A stretch of 64,000 nucleotides of DNA from an uncultured Clostridia bacterium (GCA_944383685.1 CALWQM010000011.1:18970-82969), one strand, 5' to 3'; shown: positions 46,063 through 55,880, counted from the stretch's first letter. The notes: generated by a model from the letters alone, not told the origin. A program made the numbers and translations.

Positions 46063-47084
46063 ACAGCACCTCCAAGTTTGTTTCTTAACTGCCCGCAAGC
46101 CCCTTCAATATCTTCGCCCATTGTTCGCCTTACAGTTGCACTTATGCCATTCTTTTCCAAAATACCGCAAAGATAATATGCTCTTTTTCTTTCAATTCCC
46201 ATTAAATTTTTCTCTTTAACAGAGTTTAAAGGAATTAAATTAACGTGACAACTTCTGCCTTTTAAAACCTTGCTTAATTCAAGCATATTTTCTTCGCTTG
46301 CATTAACACCATCAATAAGGGAATATTCAAATATAACTCTACGCCCTGTTTTTTCAAAATAATAGTCACAAGCCGACAATATGTCTTTGATTTTATAGAC
46401 ATTTGCAATTGGCATTGTCTTTTTTCTTATTTCGTCATTTGGTGCATGAAGTGAAATTGTGAGTGTGACATTGAAGCCGTCATCTGCAAGCCTTCTTATG
46501 TTTGGAACAAGCCCGCAAGTTGAAAGAGAAATATTTCTTTGGCTTATATTAATGCCATCTGGCGAAGAAATCAAGGTCAAAAATTTTGTGACATTTTCAT
46601 AATTATCAAGCGGTTCGCCACAACCCATTAAAACAACATTTGTCACTTTTCTATCTTTAATTGTTCCGCCTAAAATTTTATTATAAATTAAAACCTGTAA
46701 AAGGATTTCACCAGCTGACAAATTTCTTTTCAATCCTCCTATGGTTGATGCACAAAATTTGCAACCCATACGGCAACCAACTTGCGTGGAAACACACACT
46801 GTGTAACCATATTTATATTTAAGTAACACGCTTTCAACAATGCTTCCGTCTTGAAGTTTTAATGCCATCTTTTTTGTGCCATCTTTACTTTCAAGAATTT
46901 TTAATATTTCCCATTTTGGATAATCTTTACTTAAATTTTCTTTTAAATCTTTTGGCAGATTTGTTATTTCCTCCAAGGTTTTTGCCATATAAAGCGCATC
47001 AAAAATCTGCTTGGCACGAAACTTCGGCAAACCTAAATCACTCACATAGTTATTAAGTTCTTCCAACGAAAAATCTAACAACAT
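46059..47084 (-). CDS. rlmN: 23S rRNA/tRNA (adenine-C2)-methyltransferase RlmN
   Basis: Radical-SAM CRMGCKFC, GCGEPLDN, IPLN motifs. Confidence 0.93.
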   Translation of the reverse strand: MLLDFSLEELNNYVSDLGLPKFRAKQIFDALYMAKTLEEITNLPKDLKENLSKDYPKWEILKILESKDGTKKMALKLQDGSIVESVLLKYKYGYTVCVSTQVGCRMGCKFCASTIGGLKRNLSAGEILLQVLIYNKILGGTIKDRKVTNVVLMGCGEPLDNYENVTKFLTLISSPDGINISQRNISLSTCGLVPNIRRLADDGFNVTLTISLHAPNDEIRKKTMPIANVYKIKDILSACDYYFEKTGRRVIFEYSLIDGVNASEENMLELSKVLKGRSCHVNLIPLNSVKEKNLMGIERKRAYYLCGILEKNGISATVRRTMGEDIEGACGQLRNKLGGAV

Positions 47085-47992
47085 TTTGAAACTTTTTTCT
47101 CCGTAAATCTATATCCATTTAAAAAATCTTTAACAGCCAACACTTTTCCGCCTGGTGCTTGGCATTTAAGCACACTTAAAGCCCCAGTTTTTGCTTTGAC
47201 AACAAATTGTTTCTTGTCTGCATAAATTTCACCCGGCTTCAAAGCTTCAAAACCTGAAATGGCTTTTGCTTTAAACACCTTAATTCTGTCATTCCCCACA
47301 AATAAATATGAAGTTGGGTTTTCAACATAGGCTTTCACCATGTTTTCAAGTTTTTGAGCATCCAAGTTGAAATCAAGTTCAGCATCTTCCTTTTCAATTA
47401 ATTTAACAAAAGTGGCTTTACTGTCATTCTGTTTAATATACTTCACACTTCCATTTTCAATTTTCTCTATTGCCTTTAAAAGAAGTTCACTGCCAACTTC
47501 TGCAAGTTTTGGCATTAGTGAATTGTAATCATCATCTTCACAAATTTCAACTTTTTCTTGCAAAATGATGTCCCCATCATCCATTCCAACCGCAGTTTTC
47601 ATGATTGTTACACCAGTTTCTTTGTCACCATTTAAAAGTGCCGTTTGAATTGGTGTTGAGCCTCTATACTTTGGCAACATTGATGGATGCACATTTATGC
47701 ATAACTTCATGTCTAGTAGTTCTTTTGGCAAGATTTTGCCATAAGAAGCAGTAACAAAAAGGTCACAATCAATATTCCTAAATGTGTCTAAATTGTCCTT
47801 TAATCTTTCAAATTGATAAACTTTTATCCCTAAACTTTCTGCCAACGCTTTTATCTTTGGCGAAACCAATTTCTTTCCACGATTTGCAGGCTTGTCAGTT
47901 TGACATACCACCCCAACAACCTTATGTTTTGAAACAAGTTTCTTTAAAACGATTTCTGCAAAAAGTGGTGTTCCAAAAAACAATATTTTCAT
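47075..47992 (-). CDS. fmt: Methionyl-tRNA formyltransferase
   Basis: FFGTP.FA, NVHPSMLPKYRG motifs. Confidence 0.93.
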   Translation of the reverse strand: MKILFFGTPLFAEIVLKKLVSKHKVVGVVCQTDKPANRGKKLVSPKIKALAESLGIKVYQFERLKDNLDTFRNIDCDLFVTASYGKILPKELLDMKLCINVHPSMLPKYRGSTPIQTALLNGDKETGVTIMKTAVGMDDGDIILQEKVEICEDDDYNSLMPKLAEVGSELLLKAIEKIENGSVKYIKQNDSKATFVKLIEKEDAELDFNLDAQKLENMVKAYVENPTSYLFVGNDRIKVFKAKAISGFEALKPGEIYADKKQFVVKAKTGALSVLKCQAPGGKVLAVKDFLNGYRFTEKKVSKCC

Positions 47993-48474
47993 TAGGCCTC
48001 CACATGTTCAAACTTGCTTCTATAAAGCTTCCCATCTTCTGTATAATCAACAAAAAGAACTCCATTCAAGTGGTCAATTTCATGGCAAATACATCTTGCA
48101 ATATAATCCTTTGCTTCAAAGAAAAATTCATCACCATTTCTGTCCTGTGCTTTAATTTTAACATATTTTGGTCTTTTGACTTCACAATAAAAATTTGGAA
48201 TTGAAAGACATCCTTCGCTGTCAGTTACAGAGCCCCTTGTTTTAATGATTTCAGGGTTAACAATTTCAAGATAATTTCCCTCTTCAACTTCCACAACAAT
48301 GGCACGCCTTAAAACACCCACTTGAACGGCAGCAATACCAACACCATTTTTTTCAATCATGGTGTTTTTCATGTCGTCTAAAAGTGTGTGAAGTGACTCA
48401 TCAAAACTAACCACAGGTTTTGATTTTTTTCTTAATGTTGCACTTCCAATTTTAACAATATTTCTAACTGCCAT
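47992..48474 (-). CDS. def: Peptide deformylase
   Basis: GIAAVQVG, EGCLSIP, HEIDHL motifs. Confidence 0.93.
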   Translation of the reverse strand: MAVRNIVKIGSATLRKKSKPVVSFDESLHTLLDDMKNTMIEKNGVGIAAVQVGVLRRAIVVEVEEGNYLEIVNPEIIKTRGSVTDSEGCLSIPNFYCEVKRPKYVKIKAQDRNGDEFFFEAKDYIARCICHEIDHLNGVLFVDYTEDGKLYRSKFEHVEA

Positions 48475-48484
48475 ATCTTTCTCC

Positions 48485-48796
48485 TTAAATTGTGTTTTCT
48501 TTTATCCAATCTAAAAATTCAGCCGAACTTTTAACAATTGGATTTGCAATTATTTCAGCGACTTCATAAGAATGATTTTTTTTTATAATTTTTTCAATTT
48601 GTTTAAACAACTTTTTCTTGGTTTTTAAAACTGCCATAAACTCTTGGGTTAAACATCTTTCATTTTTCCAAACATAATGACTTTCAATTGGGTAAATTTG
48701 GCAGCATGATACAAGTTTTTTATCCAAAAGGATATTACCAATTTTAACAGCCTCTTCTTTGCTATCTGTGACAAATTTAATCTCAATAAACTTCAT
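48485..48796 (-). CDS. cutA: Divalent-cation tolerance protein CutA
   Basis: 103 aa with the CutA1 pattern (LVSCCQI.P..S.Y.W......E....LKT). Confidence 0.75.
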   Translation of the reverse strand: MKFIEIKFVTDSKEEAVKIGNILLDKKLVSCCQIYPIESHYVWKNERCLTQEFMAVLKTKKKLFKQIEKIIKKNHSYEVAEIIANPIVKSSAEFLDWIKENTI

Positions 48797-48810
48797 TGTT
48801 TCTCCTTAAA

Positions 48811-50985
48811 TCAACTTAAGTTATTTGGATTTATCTCATAAAAGACTGAACTTTTGCACTTTTCATCCACGCAATTATAAATTTCATTTTCAATTTTTTC
48901 TGCTTTTTCAAGTTTAAAACGCATCAAAATTTGATAGCGATATTTTGTTTTTATCCTGTTAAGTGGAGATTTCATCACATCAAGATAAATGAAATCGTCA
49001 GGATACTTTTCTTTCACTTTCTGCACCTTATTATAGCACACTTTTATCTCTTTTGCCACAATATTTTCATCTTCGTGAGAAAATAAAATTCTTAAAACTT
49101 TAGTGTAAGGTGGAAAATTTGTCACTTTTCTTAAATTTGCTTCTTTTTTGAAAAATCCCTTAAAATCATAATTTTGTGCAAAGCGGTAAACATAATGTCT
49201 TGGTGAATAGGTTTGCAAGATAACTTTGCCTTGGTCTTTGCTTCTTCCTGCCCTTCCGCTTACCTGAGTGATAAGTTGAAAAGTTCTTTCAATTGAACGG
49301 TAATCACTTTGATACAAACTTTGGTCCGCATCCACAATTCCAACCAAAATGCAATCTTCAAAATCGTGCCCCTTGGCAATCATTTGTGTGCCAACAAGAA
49401 TTCCCGGTTTTGCTTCTCTAAACTGCGACAAAATGCTTCTATGAGCATTTTTTGTGGAAGTTGTGTCGTTATCCATTCGAAAAATTGGAACATCTGGGAA
49501 AAACCTTTTAAGTTCTTCCACAACTCTTTCCGTGCCTATTGCCCCTTGCTTAATGTTATGACTTCCGCAACTTGGGCAAATATCAAGTGCCTTATATCTC
49601 TTTCCGCAATAATGGCATTTAAGTTTGTTTTCATAGCGGTGATAAACAAGTGACACATCACAATCTTTGCATTTTGCCACATATCCACACTCTCTGCACC
49701 TTTGAAAAGATGAAAAGCCACGGCGATTTATGAATATCATTGCCTGTTTTTTCTTTTCCACAACATTACCTAGTTCTGCCAAAAGTGGTATTGAAAAAAT
49801 TTCACTGTTGCCATGTCTTAGTTCATTCAGCATGTCCACAATGACAATTTTTGGCATTTCCATTCCATTCACACGAACAGGCATTTCCACAAGTTGATAT
49901 TCTCCATCAAGGGCCTTAGAATAACTTTCAATGCTTGGAGTGGCACTTCCAAAAACCAAAATGCAATCATTATATTGCCTTCTAAACAAGGCAATTTCAT
50001 GGGTGTCATATCTTGGATTACTTTCACTTATGTAACTTTGCTCATGCTCCTCATCAATGATGATAATTCCTAAATTTTCAATCGGCGTAAAAATTGCCGA
50101 CCTTGCACCAACAACAACTCTGGCCTCTCCAAAAAATATTCTTCGCCACTCGTCAAATCTTTCCCCAGCGGAAAGCCCACTGTGGATAAGTGCAACAGCC
50201 TCGCCAAACCTTGCTTTAAAGTTTGCAAGCACCTGCGGGGTCAATGAAATTTCTGGCACAAGCATAAGTGCGGTTTTTCCTTTTTTCAACTCTCTTTCAA
50301 TAAGGTTCATGTAAACTTCTGTTTTTCCGCTTCCAGTCACCCCATGAAGAAGATAGGTTTTGTTTTCACATATTGTGTCAACCGCCCTTTGTTGAAGTGG
50401 GGTTAAAATTCTTTTATTGTCAGCAATTTTATCATAATCAATATTGCGTTTCTGTTCTTCAAAAGAAACTTTCACAACATTTTTTTTATTCAATACAGAA
50501 AGTGCTTGATAGCCAAATTCGTTTGAAACATCACTAAATTTTGCCTTTCCGTTTTCTTTCAAATATGCTATGATTTCAAGTTGTTTTTTTGCATTCTTGC
50601 TTGGCATCTCAAAATTATCATTAAGTTCAACATATCTAACCAAGAGTTCTTTAACTTTACCTGTTCTCATTTCACTTGGCAGAAAAAGTCTTAAAATGCT
50701 TGCAAGTTTAAGATGAAGTTTTGTTGCCATATACTTCATAAGTTCAAGCATTTCTTTTTTGATAACAGCAAAGCCATCCACAGTGCTTAAAATTGCTTTA
50801 AGTTTTGATTCGTCAAATGTTGAAGAGTCCTTGATGTCCACAACAAACCCTTGCAACGTTCTGTTGCCAAAAGGGACAAGCACTCTTTCGCCAAGTGTCA
50901 CGTCTAAATCATCAGGAATTTTATATTCAAATTCCCTATCAATCGCCTTAGCATCTTGGTTAATCACAACACTTGCAAATTTCAT
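48811..50985 (-). CDS. priA: Primosomal protein N' (PriA helicase)
   Basis: GVTGSGKTE Walker A, DEEH, four CxxC zinc motifs. Start trimmed to MKFASVV after a TAGGAG RBS. Confidence 0.93.
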   Translation of the reverse strand: MKFASVVINQDAKAIDREFEYKIPDDLDVTLGERVLVPFGNRTLQGFVVDIKDSSTFDESKLKAILSTVDGFAVIKKEMLELMKYMATKLHLKLASILRLFLPSEMRTGKVKELLVRYVELNDNFEMPSKNAKKQLEIIAYLKENGKAKFSDVSNEFGYQALSVLNKKNVVKVSFEEQKRNIDYDKIADNKRILTPLQQRAVDTICENKTYLLHGVTGSGKTEVYMNLIERELKKGKTALMLVPEISLTPQVLANFKARFGEAVALIHSGLSAGERFDEWRRIFFGEARVVVGARSAIFTPIENLGIIIIDEEHEQSYISESNPRYDTHEIALFRRQYNDCILVFGSATPSIESYSKALDGEYQLVEMPVRVNGMEMPKIVIVDMLNELRHGNSEIFSIPLLAELGNVVEKKKQAMIFINRRGFSSFQRCRECGYVAKCKDCDVSLVYHRYENKLKCHYCGKRYKALDICPSCGSHNIKQGAIGTERVVEELKRFFPDVPIFRMDNDTTSTKNAHRSILSQFREAKPGILVGTQMIAKGHDFEDCILVGIVDADQSLYQSDYRSIERTFQLITQVSGRAGRSKDQGKVILQTYSPRHYVYRFAQNYDFKGFFKKEANLRKVTNFPPYTKVLRILFSHEDENIVAKEIKVCYNKVQKVKEKYPDDFIYLDVMKSPLNRIKTKYRYQILMRFKLEKAEKIENEIYNCVDEKCKSSVFYEINPNNLS

Positions 50986-51055
50986 AAAACTCCTAAAAAA
51001 AATCACTGCCTGTTAAGACAGTGAAATTATACCACAACAAGAGTGATAAATCAAA

Positions 51056-51271
51056 TTATTTATCCTCATCTTCTGCAACACCTGTGAATGTGATATCTCC
51101 ATCATAAATTTCTTGAAGTGCAATAGAGATAGCCTTTTTATCAGCAGTTGCAAGTTCTTCTCTTCTTATAGTTTCAATTTCTTTTGCTCTTTTTGAAGCA
51201 AGAATAGATAAAATGTATTTATTTCCCTGTGTTTTTTCAGTAAGTTTGTCGATAGGTGGTTCGTTCATCAT
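51056..51271 (-). CDS. rpoZ: RNA polymerase omega subunit
   Basis: 71 aa; NKY.L....SKRAKEI pattern. Confidence 0.85.
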   Translation of the reverse strand: MMNEPPIDKLTEKTQGNKYILSILASKRAKEIETIRREELATADKKAISIALQEIYDGDITFTGVAEDEDK

Positions 51272-51334
51272 AGCTTTAAATCTCCTTTATTTTGCCATAT
51301 TATTTTAACATAAAATCTCACATTTGTAAAGTTT

Positions 51335-51757
51335 TTAATCTAAAATTTTATGACTTTTAATGTAATCATCATTATATTTTTCACGAAAATAGTAAAAAGG
51401 TGACTTTTTATAATTATCTTTTTTGATTACAGAGGAATTATCAATCTCATAAGCGTGGAAAAAAACTTCTTCACAATCATATAAAACCGCTTTATGTATC
51501 ATAGTTCTGCCTTCACTGTCAGTCATATTTATTAATTTTGGAAATTTATCAATCATGGCGATCAATGTTCTTTGAAGTTGGTTTTCAAAAGAATATTGAA
51601 TAAGGTTTTTGTCTTCATAAGATTTTTTAAATAAGACATTTTCATCTTCACAATCTTTAATAAAATTGCTTAATGTGTAATCTTCTGCCTCCATGCCAAT
51701 TCCGCGGTTTTTGTAATAGGCAACCGCTTTTGCCACTTCGTTAACTAAATTTTCCAT
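51335..51757 (-). CDS. Hypothetical protein, possibly ankyrin-repeat-like
   Basis: DSEGRTMIHKAVLYDCEEV resembles an ANK repeat. Start trimmed to MENLVNE after an AGGGAG RBS. Confidence 0.45.
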   Translation of the reverse strand: MENLVNEVAKAVAYYKNRGIGMEAEDYTLSNFIKDCEDENVLFKKSYEDKNLIQYSFENQLQRTLIAMIDKFPKLINMTDSEGRTMIHKAVLYDCEEVFFHAYEIDNSSVIKKDNYKKSPFYYFREKYNDDYIKSHKILD

Positions 51758-51915
51758 ATTTTCACTCCCTTTCCAAAAAGAGTATAACATAAGAGAGAAA
51801 TTTTGTAAATAGGCAAAATAAAAAATATTTAATTGATTTTAAAATTAAGTAAAAGAAAAGATATGTTAAACATACCTTTTCAAATTTACAAAGAAAACAC
51901 TAAACTTTTCACAAA

Positions 51916-52269
51916 CTAATTAACAAACCCAAGCGAAATTAAAAGTGCTTTGTTCACTTCCTTCATTTTATAATCATCAATGCAGGAAATTTTTTCTTTA
52001 AGCCTACGCTTGTCAAGGGTTCTAATTTGCTCCAAAAGGATAACAGAATCTTTTGGCAAATGATATCTTTGTGAAGAAAGTTCAATATGAGTAGGAAGTT
52101 TAGCCTTTGTAAGTTGACTTGTAATTGCGGAGACAATCACAGTTGGAGAATACTTGTTTCCAACATCATTTTGAATAATTAAAACAGGACGAACGCCACC
52201 TTGCTCACTCCCAACAACGGGACTAAGGTCGGCAAAATAAATTTCTCCTCTTTTAAAATTGTTCTCCAT
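51916..52269 (-). CDS. mazF: Type II toxin MazF/EndoA (PemK family mRNA interferase)
   Basis: [30 protein letters not shown]...[20 protein letters not shown]. Start trimmed to MENNFKRG. Confidence 0.9.
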   Translation of the reverse strand: MENNFKRGEIYFADLSPVVGSEQGGVRPVLIIQNDVGNKYSPTVIVSAITSQLTKAKLPTHIELSSQRYHLPKDSVILLEQIRTLDKRRLKEKISCIDDYKMKEVNKALLISLGFVN

Positions 52270-52504
52270 CTTTCCTTCCCAAAAAATTTTGATAATCGAG
52301 AAGGTCACATGTTTCCAAGTCGTTAAGTTCCTGATAAACAGATGACAATTCTTCCCAATCACAAGAAGAGTAATCCTCTTCTAAAATCAGTTTATGTTTT
52401 TTTGAAGGCCAAGTTGATAAAATGACAAAATTTTCAAGTGAACCATACTTTTTTTCAATGTCACTAACCTTTTTAAGGACTTCAACAAAAACATCTCTTT
52501 CCAT
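52253..52504 (-). CDS. Putative cognate antitoxin of MazF (non-canonical, 83 aa)
   Basis: Overlaps the mazF start by 17 nt. AGGAG RBS. Acidic C-terminal half. No RHH or AbrB pattern recognised. Confidence 0.4.
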   Translation of the reverse strand: MERDVFVEVLKKVSDIEKKYGSLENFVILSTWPSKKHKLILEEDYSSCDWEELSSVYQELNDLETCDLLDYQNFLGRKDGEQF

Positions 52505-52747
52505 AAATATCTCCTGTTTATCGAATTTTGATACTTTAAAATAAACCAAAAAAACACGAATTTTTGCGTTTTTTATCTATCAAAGATAGGTAAAATTAGT
52601 TTGTAAAGATTTCAAAATTTTATACTTCTGTAATATGGCGTTAAAAAAATATGTCTGCAAAAGCAAACAATATTTTTTATTGCTTCAAAAATGAATAAAC
52701 TTTAAATTTTATTTCATCATTTTCAAAACAGTTCTTTTGTATTTAAC

Positions 52748-53098
52748 TTAAAAAATCACAATTGCCACAACCCCAACAATGTCCACAGTGTGAGAAATTG
52801 AAATTTGAACTTCTTTTCCACCAAGTTTTTCAAGGGCCTCTTTTGCTTTGCCAGAAAGTTTAATGATTGGCTTGCCATTTTCTTTGTGCAAAAGTTCAAT
52901 TTCTTTAAATGAAATTTCGCCTGCACTCACATCAAGGCTCTTAAAAACTGCTTCCTTAACCGCCCAAAGTGTTGCCACTTTTTCCTTTTGGTTTTTGAAT
53001 TTTTGTATGTAGCAAATTTCAGGTTCAGTGGCAATTTTTTGAAGAAGTTTTAAAGGCTCCTTAATTCTTTCAATATGCTCCAAATCAAGCCCAATCAT
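52748..53098 (-). CDS. acpS: Holo-[acyl-carrier-protein] synthase
   Basis: MIGLDLE, WAVKEAVFK, ISISH motifs. Confidence 0.85.
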   Translation of the reverse strand: MIGLDLEHIERIKEPLKLLQKIATEPEICYIQKFKNQKEKVATLWAVKEAVFKSLDVSAGEISFKEIELLHKENGKPIIKLSGKAKEALEKLGGKEVQISISHTVDIVGVVAIVIF

Positions 53099-53717
53099 CG
53101 TCGTTCTCCTTTGTGAAAATTTTGTTAACAACTTTTTGTGCTACACTATAATCATACCCTTTATAGATTAAATGTGCAAGGCACTTTTGTTTGTTTTTTA
53201 GGTTATTTTCACGATTTTTGGCGAATTTAACACCACTTAGATATGCCCGTTCTTCTTCGCTTTCAGCATCAACATTTGAAAGAAGATTATCAATAATTTC
53301 CTGACTTATACCTTTTTCTTTAAGTTTGTTTGCAATGGCACGCTTACCCTTTGTGGAGCAAAGGCTTTCAAAGTATGCTTTTGCAAAATTTTCATCATTG
53401 ATATAGCCATACTCCTGCAATTTCTCACAGGCATGCAAGATTGCATCTTTGTCCATGCCTTTCTTTTTAAGGTAATCTTTCAAGCCTTTTGAAGAAACAT
53501 TATATTTTTCAAGATATGAAAGAGCCATATCAAACGCAAGTTTTTCATCGTTCTCTTTTTTAATTTCCTTCAACTCACTTTCATCAATATCTTGCCCAGT
53601 TTTCAAGCCATATCTTGCCAAAATTTCATCCAAAAAAATGCCAAAAAACTTATCATCCACATAAAGATGATACCTTGAAATGTTTTTTGTTTTTTTGATT
53701 TCGCTTATAGTCATCAC
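53085..53717 (-). CDS. recX: Recombination regulator RecX
   Basis: Three-helix repeat pattern (AL.YL......S...L...L..KG). 210 aa. Confidence 0.8.
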   Translation of the reverse strand: MMTISEIKKTKNISRYHLYVDDKFFGIFLDEILARYGLKTGQDIDESELKEIKKENDEKLAFDMALSYLEKYNVSSKGLKDYLKKKGMDKDAILHACEKLQEYGYINDENFAKAYFESLCSTKGKRAIANKLKEKGISQEIIDNLLSNVDAESEEERAYLSGVKFAKNRENNLKNKQKCLAHLIYKGYDYSVAQKVVNKIFTKENDDDWA

Positions 53718-54028
53718 TTATCCTCTTTCAAAGGTTCGTGATAAAAAATTTCCTTGCCGTGTTTTACTGCATAATCAATTTCTCTTTGGGTGTTTTCGCC
53801 AACATATCCCCCAATGTTAACAACATAAATAGCATTTGAAAGGTCAATTTTCTTGAAATGCGCTTTAACAATCTTTTCATATTCCTGTTTTTTCAGGTTT
53901 TCACTCATAAAATCATAAACACATTGAAGAACACAATAACCAAACTTAGTCTCCAAATTTTTTGCAATTTTAATCATTTCATTTTGATATTTCATGCTTC
54001 CACAAATTGTGATTATCTTCATTTTCAT
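53714..54028 (-). CDS. Small uncharacterised protein (possibly a nucleoside 2-deoxyribosyltransferase-like fold)
   Basis: ICGSMKY...SNAIYVVN.GGYVGENT..EI.YA pattern. Assignment from memory only. Confidence 0.35.
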   Translation of the reverse strand: MKMKIITICGSMKYQNEMIKIAKNLETKFGYCVLQCVYDFMSENLKKQEYEKIVKAHFKKIDLSNAIYVVNIGGYVGENTQREIDYAVKHGKEIFYHEPLKEDK

Positions 54029-54393
54029 TTGTTATCTTTTAAAACCTCACTTGCTAATTTTGTATAGGCACGAACAAGCCCGCCCGCGCCCAGTTTTATT
54101 CCGCCAAAATACCTGACCACAAACACGCAAACATCACTTATTCCTTTCTTTTGAATAACTGAAAGAATAGGTCTGCCAGCAGTGGAATTAGGCTCGCCAT
54201 TGTCAACCGCTTTTTCCAAAAATGGGCTTTTAAGCGAATATGCATAACAAATATGCGTGGCTTTTTTATGTTCTGTCCAAAGTTCTTTTAATGCACTTTC
54301 AACTTCTTGAACAGTTTTGCAATTTAGCCTATAACTAATAAATTTAGACTTCTTTTCAACAAATTCAGTAACATTATCAAACTTCACATTCAT
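54025..54393 (-). CDS. yigZ: IMPACT/YigZ family protein (N-terminal domain only)
   Basis: KKSKF......C......V......HKKATH.CYAY...DNGEP..TAG.PIL...VVRYFGGIKLGAGGLVRAY. Confidence 0.8.
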   Translation of the reverse strand: MNVKFDNVTEFVEKKSKFISYRLNCKTVQEVESALKELWTEHKKATHICYAYSLKSPFLEKAVDNGEPNSTAGRPILSVIQKKGISDVCVFVVRYFGGIKLGAGGLVRAYTKLASEVLKDNK

Positions 54394-54485
54394 GGCAATA
54401 TTTTATCAAATTACTTTAAAAAAAGCAACTAAATGATTTATTTATTAAATAAAATTATATATATAAATATATCTTAGTTCAATTA

Positions 54486-54644
54486 GAAAAAATAAAAACA
54501 GGCAATGCCTGATAAGGGTTCACGAGCAGACAATGTCGAAAGACTTGCCAAGGCAAGGTTAAGAACGGACGATGCCCATTAAAAGTTCGCGTTACTCACA
54601 TTAAGAGCAACGCGAACTTTTAATGAAAACCCTCGACTTTCTTA
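54486..54644 (-). ncRNA. Candidate structured RNA / tyrS 3' UTR element ending in a terminator
   Basis: GC-enriched island containing a perfect 17-bp hairpin (54577-54593 / 54609-54625) and the small hairpins CTTGCCttGGCAAG and GTCtttcGAC. GGGTT/AACCC closing pairs. Terminator CAGGCattGCCTG plus T-run at 54486-54511. Confidence 0.35.
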
Positions 54645-55880
54645 TTATCTTTCAACCTTAACAAAGTTCTTTTTGCCTTTTTTCAAAATGCAAACACCAT
54701 TTTCAAAATCTTTGTCATCAATTTGGTAAGCAAAATCTTTAACCACATTACCATTAACAGAAATTGCCCCTTGTTGACACATCCTTCTTCCTTCCGACTT
54801 TGAAGTAACAAGTTTGCTTTCAAAAAGCATATCATTTAATATCATAGAAGGTGCAGTCATTTTGTAAGTTGGTGCATTATCCAAACTCCCTTGGCCACTG
54901 AAAAGTGCTTGGCTTGCTTCCTCAGCAATTTTTGCATCTTGTTCGCCACGAACAAATTTTGTCATTTCATAGCAAAGTCTTTTCTTGGCTTTAACAATGT
55001 CACCCGCAACAATTTCTTTAATTTCTTTCATTGGTAAGTCTGTGAAAAGGGCAAACATCATTTCAACGCAAGCGTCTGGGGTTTGGTAAATACCTTGATA
55101 AAAATCATAAGCCGAAATTTTATCTTTATCTATCCAAATTGCTCCTTTTTCTGTTTTGCCCATCTTTTTTCCCTCTGGCGTGAGAAGCAATGGGTTTGTG
55201 GCTCCAATAAGTTCAATATCTGTGCCATTTTCAAAATTTAACTTTCTTGCAAGTTCCACCCCTGCAACAATGTTTCCCCATTGGTCAGCACCGCCCCATT
55301 CAAGAGTGCATCCATATTCTTTGTTTAAGTGGATAAAGTCATAGGCCTGCATTGGCATATATCCAAGTTCAAAAAGTGTAAGTCCCCCCTCTTTAATTCG
55401 ATTTGCATAAATTTCGTTTGCAAGCATTTTGTTAACATTAAAGTGTCTGCCAATATCTCGCATAAAATCAACATAGTCATATCCTGTGAACCAGTCCTTG
55501 TTGTTCACAATCACAGCAGGGTTTTCACCATCAAAATCTAAAAAGACCTTTAAAGAGTTTTTGATTTTTTCAATGTTTGCATTAATTGTGTCTTTGTCAA
55601 GCACCTTTCTCATTTCACTTTTCCCAGTTGGGTCACCAATAGATGCAGTTGCCCCACCCATCAAAAGCACAATCTTATGCCCAGCTTTTTGAAAACGACG
55701 CAAAATGCAATATGGCACGCAGTGTCCAATGTGCAAACTGTCAACAGTTGGGTCAGTCCCTTCATAAAGGGCAATAGGTTTTCCACTTTCCAAAACTTTC
55801 TTCAAGGCTTCTTCATCTGTGCATTGATATAAAAGTCCTCTTTCCTTCAACTCGTTAAATAAATTTGTGTCAACCTTCAT
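54645..55880 (-). CDS. tyrS: Tyrosyl-tRNA synthetase
   Basis: HIGH (SLHIGH), KMGKT, C-terminal S4 domain. Start trimmed to MKVDTN after an AAGGAG RBS. Confidence 0.95.
   Translation of the reverse strand: MKVDTNLFNELKERGLLYQCTDEEALKKVLESGKPIALYEGTDPTVDSLHIGHCVPYCILRRFQKAGHKIVLLMGGATASIGDPTGKSEMRKVLDKDTINANIEKIKNSLKVFLDFDGENPAVIVNNKDWFTGYDYVDFMRDIGRHFNVNKMLANEIYANRIKEGGLTLFELGYMPMQAYDFIHLNKEYGCTLEWGGADQWGNIVAGVELARKLNFENGTDIELIGATNPLLLTPEGKKMGKTEKGAIWIDKDKISAYDFYQGIYQTPDACVEMMFALFTDLPMKEIKEIVAGDIVKAKKRLCYEMTKFVRGEQDAKIAEEASQALFSGQGSLDNAPTYKMTAPSMILNDMLFESKLVTSKSEGRRMCQQGAISVNGNVVKDFAYQIDDKDFENGVCILKKGKKNFVKVER

Noticed and set aside
45749-46219. 156-aa plus-strand ORF antisense to rsgA/rlmN. 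Similar antisense ORFs lie in ftsZ (6860-7345), mraY (18842-19285), glmM (40283-40702) and priA.
   Set aside because: These are shadow ORFs opposite strongly supported conserved genes. They have no start context and their composition is typical of antisense frames.
54500-54640. Considered whether the GC-rich island after tyrS is the SRP (4.5S/scRNA) RNA, because it contains GCCAAGGCA and a GAAA-capped stem. Also considered a 25-aa plus-strand ORF (54506-54583).
   Set aside because: The SRP helix-8 signature (GGAAGCAGC 3' of a GNRA loop, with the symmetric and asymmetric loops) is not present in the correct order on either strand. The terminator polarity supports the minus strand. The small ORF has no RBS and lies on the strand without a promoter.
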